A DNA stretch of 64,000 bases from an uncultured Thermomicrobiales bacterium. GTDB taxonomy: Bacteria > Chloroflexota > Chloroflexia > Thermomicrobiales > CADCWN01. Position numbers and translations under genes: made by a program. Positions 26,599-33,731 of the stretch are shown piece after piece. A model generated the notes under the pieces. The model saw nothing but the letters and a program-made list of their open reading frames with translations. It was not told the origin of the DNA and made no database searches. The DNA lies in NCBI GenBank assembly GCA_902806415.1, contig CADCWN010000015.1, positions 57,229 to 121,228 of the forward strand, written 5' to 3'. Each line of letters starts with the position of its first letter. The stretch's first letter is position 1.

Positions 26599-27441
26599 AT
26601 GTTCCCCACTATCGCGTATGCTGAACCCGAGCCATACGACTGGTGGGGATTCGGCCGGCAGGTCTCGCGACCGCTCTCGATCGTGGAGCTGCTCGACGCG
26701 GGGAGCTTCGACGCCCGCACCGCCGCGACCCTCTGGCTGCTGATCGAGGCGCGCGCCTCGATCATCGTCGCCGCCGGTCCCTCGGCGGCGGGCAAGACGA
26801 CGACCCTCAGCGCTCTCGCCGACTTCCTGCCGCCCGCCGTCGAACGCCGCTACCTGCGCGGCGGGAATGAGACGTTCGGCTGGCGCGCCACCGCCGATCC
26901 CGCCCGCACCTATCTCCTCTGCAACGAGATCAGCCCCCATCTGCCAGTCTACCTCTGGGGGATCCAGGTGGGGCAACTCTTCACCGCCGCCGAGGCCGGG
27001 TTCGGCTTCGGCGCGACGATGCACGCCGACACCGCCGAGGAGGTACTGGCGATCCTCACGGGTCGCCCGCTGGTGATCGCGCAGCGCGCCCTCGCCCGGT
27101 TGGATCTCGTCCTCACCCTCGCCGTGGACTATCGCGACCGTCGCCCACGCCGGCGGCTCGATGCCCTGACCTTCCTCCAGCGCGATGGCGCGGATGGCGG
27201 GCTAGTCCCGCTGATCCTCGCCCACTGGGATCTGGCGAGCGACACTGTCGTCCACCACGCCGATCCGTTCCCGTCGCCATTTGCCAGCCGAGTCGGCCTC
27301 ACACCAGACTTCTTCGCCCCCGAGCGAGACCGCCGCGCCGCCTTCCTCGCCGCGCTCCGCGAGCGCGGGATCGGCACCCGGGCCGATGTGCGTCGCGCCC
27401 TCGCCGCCTACCCTGACCTCCCCACCACGGCGGGAGCCTGA
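26599..27441 (+). CDS. orphan type II/IV secretion-family (VirB11/GspE/CpaF-like) ATPase core
   Basis: …SIVELLDAGSFDARTAATLWLLIEARASIIVAAGPSAAGKTTTLSALADFLP… (Walker A), then …YLLCNEIS… and …GFGATMHADTAEEVLAIL… I trimmed to ATG 26599 (GGGAGAAG upstream). Confidence 0.6.
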   Translation: MFPTIAYAEPEPYDWWGFGRQVSRPLSIVELLDAGSFDARTAATLWLLIEARASIIVAAGPSAAGKTTTLSALADFLPPAVERRYLRGGNETFGWRATADPARTYLLCNEISPHLPVYLWGIQVGQLFTAAEAGFGFGATMHADTAEEVLAILTGRPLVIAQRALARLDLVLTLAVDYRDRRPRRRLDALTFLQRDGADGGLVPLILAHWDLASDTVVHHADPFPSPFASRVGLTPDFFAPERDRRAAFLAALRERGIGTRADVRRALAAYPDLPTTAGA

Positions 27442-27446
27442 CCGAT

Positions 27447-28196
27447 GTGCGTCGGCAGATTATTGGCAGCGGCCTCAGCGACAACACTGTGGTCTGGGAA
27501 TGCCCAAGCTGCAACAGGGAATCGCGGCGGTTTGCGTCGTTACCCCGATACGCGGCACCGATGACCGCTCCCCCCACTCTCACCACCGGGGGAACGGCGG
27601 AAGTGCGCCGCTACATCGCGCTCCTGTCAACGCTCGGTTTCCGCCTCCGCCCGGACGAGCGCTGGTTGCCCGATGAACTGGCGATGGTGGCGGAGGCGCT
27701 GGCCGATCTCCTGCGCGTCGCCCGCTGGTCCCCTGAGGTCTGCGCCAACGCGCTCGGTGGCCCGATCACCCTGCTGCGCGACCACTCCGGGCCGATCACG
27801 ACCGACGCGGCGGGGACGCGCTATCCGATCCTCGGCCTCTACGACGCCAACCGGCGGCTCCTGACGGTCAACGATTGGAGCTTCGATGCGCGCGTCGGCG
27901 GTGTGACGAACGGGCGGCGCGTTCTCCTCCACGAGCTCGCACATGCCTGGGATCGCCGCGCCGCCTATCGTCTCTCACTGGGGATCACCCTCCTCCCCGG
28001 CCCACGCGCCTCGGGGTATGCGCGGGTTAGCCGCTTCGAGGACTGGGCTGAGGCGGTGATGGGCGCGGTTTATGGGGCCGAGCCCGGCCACGAGAGCTTC
28101 GATCGTACCGCCGCCGGATACCCATCGCCCCGCCTGCGCTACACGCGCTGGGCGTTCGCGCGCTATCGACGGCGCGGTGATAAACGGTCGCGTTAA
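27447..28196 (+). CDS. hypothetical HExxH (zinc-metalloprotease-motif) protein
   Basis: …GRRVLLHELAHAWD… plus a downstream …FEDWAEAV… It starts 5 nt after the ATPase stop (GTG 27447). ATG 27561 is an alternative start. Confidence 0.55.
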   Translation: MRRQIIGSGLSDNTVVWECPSCNRESRRFASLPRYAAPMTAPPTLTTGGTAEVRRYIALLSTLGFRLRPDERWLPDELAMVAEALADLLRVARWSPEVCANALGGPITLLRDHSGPITTDAAGTRYPILGLYDANRRLLTVNDWSFDARVGGVTNGRRVLLHELAHAWDRRAAYRLSLGITLLPGPRASGYARVSRFEDWAEAVMGAVYGAEPGHESFDRTAAGYPSPRLRYTRWAFARYRRRGDKRSR

Positions 28197-28287
28197 CCCG
28201 TATCCCCTCGGCGCGCGTAGTACCCTATGTGCATACATTGAGCACGATGAGCGACCACACCTACGGGAGCGGGAGAGAGAAAAGGCG

Positions 28288-29244
28288 ATGCAGATCCGGT
28301 TACGTCGAGCACGACCCTTCACCCTGGCCCTGACCCTGGCGGTCCTCCTCGGCGGGGGGCTGTTCCTGCGCCCCGAGGCGAGCACCACGGCAGAGGCCAA
28401 GAGCGCCGCCGCGACGGTCACTGTTGATATCCGCAGCTTCGCCTACTCGCCCAACCCGCTCGTTGTCCCGGTCGGCACCACCGTCCGCTGGACGAACTAC
28501 GACGCGGTCGGGCATGACGTCACCGGCGATGGCGAGTTCGCGCCAGTCAAGTCGCCGCTGCTGGGGCGCAACCAGTCCTGGGAATACACCTTCACCAAGC
28601 CGGGCAGCTACCGCTACCACTGCTCCCCGCACCCGTTCATGCAGGCCGAGGTCCAGGTGATCGCCGAGGGCGGCACGCCCGCCGACAGCCTCGCCTTCCC
28701 GGAGACCGGCAAGACGGTGCAGGGGGCGTTCCTGACCTACTGGCGCGACAACGGCCTCGACTTCGGCGAAGCGGGGATCTCCTACCGCGAGAGCCTGGCC
28801 CTCTTCGGCCTGCCGATCTCCGATGAGATCCAGGAGCGGATCGGCGAGGAAATTTACACCGTCCAATATTTCGAGCGCGCCCGCTTCGAGCTGCACCCCG
28901 AGAACACCGACCCACGGTACAAGGTGCTGCTCGGCCAGTTCGGGCGCACCCTGCACCCCGCCGACCCGCGCGTCGAGCAGCAGCCCGGCGCGACCTATTT
29001 CCCGGAGACCGGGCACAACGTCGAGGGGCGGTTCCTCGAATACTGGACGAAGAACGGCGGTCTCCCGATCTTCGGCCTCCCGCTCAGCGAGCCGTTCCGG
29101 GAGCAGTTGGGCGACGGGACCACCTACACCGTGCAGTATTTCGAGCGCGCCCGCTTCGAGGAACACCCCGAGAGCGCGGCCCCATACGATGTCCAGCTCG
29201 GCCAATTCGGTCGCCAGATCTACACCCAGCAGGGCGGGCGCTAG
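28288..29244 (+). CDS. secreted cupredoxin-domain protein with two C-terminal repeats
   Basis: Signal-like MQIRLRRARPFTLALTLAVLLGGG. Cupredoxin …VGTTVRWTNYDAVGHDV…YRYHCSPHPFMQAEV… Two copies of FPETG…FGLP…YTVQYFERARFE.HPE. I trimmed to ATG 28288. Confidence 0.8.
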   Translation: MQIRLRRARPFTLALTLAVLLGGGLFLRPEASTTAEAKSAAATVTVDIRSFAYSPNPLVVPVGTTVRWTNYDAVGHDVTGDGEFAPVKSPLLGRNQSWEYTFTKPGSYRYHCSPHPFMQAEVQVIAEGGTPADSLAFPETGKTVQGAFLTYWRDNGLDFGEAGISYRESLALFGLPISDEIQERIGEEIYTVQYFERARFELHPENTDPRYKVLLGQFGRTLHPADPRVEQQPGATYFPETGHNVEGRFLEYWTKNGGLPIFGLPLSEPFREQLGDGTTYTVQYFERARFEEHPESAAPYDVQLGQFGRQIYTQQGGR

Positions 29245-29274
29245 CGTGCATCACCCTCACTCAGCGACGATTAT

Positions 29275-29302
29275 GCGGGCGGAGCCACTTGGCCCCGCCC
29301 GC
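29275..29302 (+). terminator. hairpin after the cupredoxin gene
   Basis: GCGGGCGG, a 12-nt loop, CCGCCCGC, followed by TCGTATT. The U-tract is weak. Confidence 0.35.
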
Positions 29303-29450
29303 TCGTATTGTGCGTACCCGAAAAGACACGATCGCACACCGCGGCAAGCGTAGTATGATGACGCGGTGTGCGCTCCTGAGGCCACTGTACATCTCGGCAT
29401 GTGCGTGGACGGCGAGCAGTATAGGCGAACAGAACGGAGGAGTGGGCAGG

Positions 29451-30461
29451 ATGGGAACGGAGAGCAGGACCGGGATGCGCGTCGCGCCCGACCGCAATCT
29501 GGCGCTCGAACTGGTGCGCGTGACCGAGACGGCCGCCCTGGCCGCCTCGCAGTGGGTCGGGCGGGGCGACAAGATCGCGGCCGATGGCGCGGCGGTTTCG
29601 GCGATGCGCCATGTCCTCGGCAGCATCGAGATGGATGGCGTCGTCGTGATCGGCGAGGGCGAGAAGGACGAGGCGCCGATGCTCTACATCGGTGAGGAGG
29701 TCGGCAACGGCAGCCCGCCACAGGTTGATATTGCGGTCGATCCGATCGACGGCACGACCCTGACCTCGCGCGGGATGTCGAACGCGATCGCTGTCGTCGC
29801 CCTCGCCGAGCGCGGCGCGCTCTATAGTGCCCCGCCCGGGATCTACTACATGGAGAAGATCGCGGTCGGCCCGGAGGCGGCGGATGCGATCGACATCCGC
29901 AAGAGCGTCACCGAGAACCTGAACGCGGTCGCCGAGGCGAAGGGGATGCAGGTGCGCGATCTGACGGCGATCATCCTCGACCGCCCGCGCCACGACGCGA
30001 TCGTCAAGGAAGTGCGCGAGACCGGCGCGCGGATCAGATTCATCACCGATGGCGATGTCGCCGGGGCGATGCAGGCGGCGCGCGGCCACGGCGGCGACAT
30101 CCTGCTCGGGATGGGCGGCGCGCCGGAGGCGGTACTCGCCGCCTGCGCCCTCCGCTGCATTGGCGGCGCGATGCAGTGCCGCCTCTGGCCGCGCAACGAC
30201 GAGGAGCGCGCCCAGTTGGTCGCCCAGGGGGTCGATTTCGAGCAAGTCCTCCAGATCGAGGATCTGGCGCGCGGCGACGATCTTTTCTTCTCCGCGACCG
30301 GCATCACCGATGGCGAGTTGCTGGAAGGGGTGAAGTTCACCGGCAAATACGCCGACACGCAGTCGCTGGTGATGCGCTCGCGCTCCGGCACGATCCGTCG
30401 GATCGACTCGCGACATCGCCTCGACTGGGTTCGCCAATTCGTCCAGATCATGGTCGATTGA
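29451..30461 (+). CDS. glpX: class II fructose-1,6-bisphosphatase
   Basis: …LALELVRVTEAAALA-type N-terminus, …DIAVDPIDGTTLT…, …ITDGDVAGA…LLGMGGAPEAVLAA… is GlpX-like. ATG 29451 is preceded by GGAGGAG. Confidence 0.92.
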   Translation: MGTESRTGMRVAPDRNLALELVRVTETAALAASQWVGRGDKIAADGAAVSAMRHVLGSIEMDGVVVIGEGEKDEAPMLYIGEEVGNGSPPQVDIAVDPIDGTTLTSRGMSNAIAVVALAERGALYSAPPGIYYMEKIAVGPEAADAIDIRKSVTENLNAVAEAKGMQVRDLTAIILDRPRHDAIVKEVRETGARIRFITDGDVAGAMQAARGHGGDILLGMGGAPEAVLAACALRCIGGAMQCRLWPRNDEERAQLVAQGVDFEQVLQIEDLARGDDLFFSATGITDGELLEGVKFTGKYADTQSLVMRSRSGTIRRIDSRHRLDWVRQFVQIMVD

Positions 30462-30492
30462 TTGGGCGCGGCGAGGCACGGGGCGGCGGGCG

Positions 30493-31661
30493 CTAGACGC
30501 CCGCCCCGCACCTCGCCCCCGCCAGGGCACAACGCCCCTTCCCATCCTGCTTCGCCGCGTACATCGTCGCGTCGGCGGAGGCGAGCAACGCCTCGGGGTC
30601 CGCGCAGTCGGGCGAGCTGAGGGCGATCCCGACGCTGGCCGTCACGGTCGCTGTCCCCGCCGCCAGCGTGAACGGCGCCGAGACCGCCGCAATCAGCCGC
30701 TCGGCAACCAGAATCGCCTCGCGCTGATCGACGGGGGCCAGGAGGATGACGACGAACTCATCCCCGCCGAGCCGCGCCACGGTATCGCCGCCGCGCACAT
30801 GCCCCCGCAGGCGGGCGGCGATAGCGATCAGCATAGCCCGGCCTCGGTGATGGCGCGCGCGCGCGTCATCGAAGCCGCCTCGCTCGCGGGATGCCACCAG
30901 ATCGGCTCGCCGGTCGCCCAGACACGCCCTGGTAATCCGATGCCGCGCGCGAAGGTCACCGCCTCGGTGAGGGCGGTCAGCGCCTCGTCCCGATCCTGCA
31001 ACAGCGACCAGCGCGCGGCGCAGCGTAGGCTCTCCCCCCCTTCGACCGGCAGCCAGAGTTCGCCAACCGCCAGATCGAGATGCGAACAGATCGCCTCGAG
31101 GAACAGGGGGGCGGCCTCGTCGGACGAGGCCGCCTCGGCCAGGACACTGGAGACCGCGTGTTCGGCGGCGCGCTGCCGCTCGGCCCGCTTGCGCTCGGTG
31201 ATGTCGATGCCAACGCCGACGACGTAGGCAGGATGACCGAGATCATCCAGGAGCGCGGTGATCGTCCAGTCAATGTGGGCACGCTCGCCACCGGCGGTGA
31301 GCCAGATGTGCTCGAACGAGACCGGCGGGAGGCCGGCGCGGAGGAGTTCCCAGGTCGCGACGAACGGCGACGCCTCCGGCGCGGTCAGGATCGCATCGAG
31401 CGTCCGGCCCGCGACCATGGCGAACGATTGCCCGGTCAGCACCTCGCACGCCTGGTTGAAGCGCAAGATCTGCCCGGACCGATCGAGGACGACGACCAGG
31501 CTCCCGGCGGTCTCGAGGACCGCCGCGGTGAAATCCCGCTCACGCCGTAGCTCGGTCGCGATCGCCGACTCCATTGGCGGGGCAACGGTCATACCGAGGG
31601 GTGCTGATGCGCCGGGGATCTCTTCAGGCTTGAGGGCGCGAGTGGGGGATGCAAAATCCAT
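30493..31661 (-). pseudogene. disrupted PAS-GAF-GGDEF signalling gene
   Basis: ORF 30828..31661 carries a PAS domain and the first part of a GAF domain (…GIGLPGRVWATGEPIWW…RARAITEAGLC*). ORF 30493..30897, in another frame, carries only the distal half of a GGDEF domain (MLIAIAARLRGHVRGGDTVARLGGDEF…). The two overlap by 70 nt. Confidence 0.6.
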
Positions 31662-31803
31662 CGGGCTTCTCTATGCGACAGATCGATAGGGGCCGCAATG
31701 CCATCAGCATAGCGATAACCCCGCAGCAGGAGAATGGGAAATAAGTCGTGGGTGGCCGCAGGACGTCCGATACAACCGCCGACGGACACACGACCCTGAT
31801 CGT

Positions 31804-31833
31804 TTGACAGGGGTGGGAATGCGGTGGTATTCT
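31804..31833 (+). promoter_or_regulatory. sigma-70-like promoter candidate
   Basis: TTGACA (31804..31809), an 18-nt spacer, TATTCT (31828..31833). It lies about 200 nt upstream of the LysM/M23 gene. Confidence 0.35.
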
Positions 31834-32035
31834 CGCGAACGTACACTCCTATTTCTGCGTACGTTCGTAGTCGGTGCGGAATGCGCGGTCGCGGGTATCG
31901 GGTGTTGGCGGCGAAGAAGGGACACGGCGCTTGGATCGGTCAGGCAGGAGAGAAGGTCGTCGCGCGACCGCGCTTCAGGAGCCGGAACTCGCGACACCAG
32001 CGCCGTCCGATGCGCCTCCCGGCGAGATCGTGCGA

Positions 32036-33499
32036 ATGCGCGCCGATGATCGGGGCGGGAGGCGCATCGGGCGGCGGGAACGGGGCGGCGCACTGCCACC
32101 GCGCGCGCCGCTCTTCCTGGCGCGCTGCCTGCCGCATCTGCTCGTCCTGCTGATCGTCGGCGCGGTCGTAGTCGGCAGAGGCTTCTGGGATCCGGCGTTG
32201 CGCGGAGAGGGACAATTCGAGGCCGAGACGACGATCGATCTCAGCGTGCCGCTCAACCCCGCCGGGACCACCGGCGCGCCCGCCAGTCCGCCGGAGCGGG
32301 AGGCGGGCAGCGGCTCCTTCACCCGCCCGCCCCTCCCGATCACCGCCGTGCGCTTGCGCATCACCACCTACGAGACGCGGGCGAACGAGACCCCCGCGCA
32401 AGTTGCCGGGCGCTTCGGCTTGAGGGCGAGCACACTCCTCTGGGCCAACGGGCTGCAAGATCCCGCGAGGCCGCTGCTCGCCGGGACCAAGCTGCGCGTG
32501 CCGCCGACCGATGGGATGCTTCACCAGGTACAGGGCAACGACACCCTGGCGGCGATCGCGGCCAAGTACAAGGTCGAGACGACGGCGATCACCGGGTATC
32601 GCGCGAACAACGTCGGGGGGGCGGACGATCTCGTGCCGAACAGCTATGTGCTGGTCGTTGGCGGCCAAATCCCCACGCGCGAGCGGATCGAGGAGTACGT
32701 CGTCCGCAACGGCGATACCCTCTGGTCGATCGCGGAACGGTTCGGGCTGCAACCGAGCACGATCGTCTGGGCCAACAGCCTGACAAATGCCGACGTGCTC
32801 GTGATCGGGCAGCCGCTGATCGTCCCGCCGATCAACGGCGTCATCCACCGGATTGGCGCGGGGGAAAGCCTCGACGCGGTCGCCGAGCGGTACGGGGTGA
32901 AGCCGGCGGAAATCGCCGCCTTCGCGCCCAATGGTCTCGGCGGGGGGAGCCCTCTGGTGCCGGGCCAGGATATCATCGTTCCCGGTGGTACCCCGCCCGC
33001 GCCACCTCCGCCGCTGCTCGCGGAGGCACCGCCCGCGCCCGCTCCCCCGCCAGCGGCCGATCCCGCGCCCGCCGCCCCTGTTGCGCCCGCCGCGCCAACC
33101 GGCGGAGCGGGGGCCGTGGGCTCGTTCATCTGGCCGGCGACCGGCGCGCTGACCACCTACTTCGGGGACAACCCGGCCTACTACGGGCCTGGCGGCCATA
33201 ATGGGCTGGATATCGCCAACGGCCTGGGTACACCGCTACTCGCCGCCGATGGCGGGGTGGTGATCTACGCCGCCTGGCGGGGTGGACTCGGCAACGCGGT
33301 CGGGATCGACCACGAGAACGGTTTCGTGACCTGGTATGGACACGCCTCCTCACTCGCGGTCGGCACCGGGCAACGGGTCTCGCGCGGGCAGGTCGTCGCC
33401 GCCATGGGCTCCACTGGCAACTCCACCGGCTCCCACATCCACTTCATCGTCGTCCGCAATGGCGTCTATGTTGACCCGCTCGGCTACTTGCCGCGCTGA
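32036..33499 (+). CDS. LysM-repeat M23 family peptidoglycan endopeptidase
   Basis: N-terminal TM segment LLVLLIVGAVVVG. Several LysM-like repeats (…GDTLWSIAERFGLQPSTIVWANSL…). M23 core …HNGLDIA…GNAVGIDHENGFVTWYGH…GSTGNSTGSHIHF… The start is uncertain (ATG 32036). Confidence 0.88.
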   Translation: MRADDRGGRRIGRRERGGALPPRAPLFLARCLPHLLVLLIVGAVVVGRGFWDPALRGEGQFEAETTIDLSVPLNPAGTTGAPASPPEREAGSGSFTRPPLPITAVRLRITTYETRANETPAQVAGRFGLRASTLLWANGLQDPARPLLAGTKLRVPPTDGMLHQVQGNDTLAAIAAKYKVETTAITGYRANNVGGADDLVPNSYVLVVGGQIPTRERIEEYVVRNGDTLWSIAERFGLQPSTIVWANSLTNADVLVIGQPLIVPPINGVIHRIGAGESLDAVAERYGVKPAEIAAFAPNGLGGGSPLVPGQDIIVPGGTPPAPPPPLLAEAPPAPAPPPAADPAPAAPVAPAAPTGGAGAVGSFIWPATGALTTYFGDNPAYYGPGGHNGLDIANGLGTPLLAADGGVVIYAAWRGGLGNAVGIDHENGFVTWYGHASSLAVGTGQRVSRGQVVAAMGSTGNSTGSHIHFIVVRNGVYVDPLGYLPR

Positions 33500-33731
33500 C
33501 GATCGAGAGCCGCATCACGAGAAAACGTCCTCGGCATTCCGCCGCTTATGCGCGAGGACGTGGTGCATATACCCCCATCTCCGCACCCCCAGTGAACACC
33601 GCGTTTCCCAGTACACCAACCGACTCCCCCACAGCCGAACGGGCGTACCAAGTCAGTACCGTTAGGGGATGGGTAAATGACACCACCAGCCATAGCCTGA
33701 TACCATAGAGCAACGCCCCGACGGCCAGCCG

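Noticed and set aside
31834-32035. ydaO (c-di-AMP) or c-di-GMP riboswitch in the LysM/M23 leader
   Set aside because: The class-defining conserved blocks (for example the …AGCUAACC…GUAAGC segment of ydaO) are not visible. Only a simple 9-bp inverted repeat is present.
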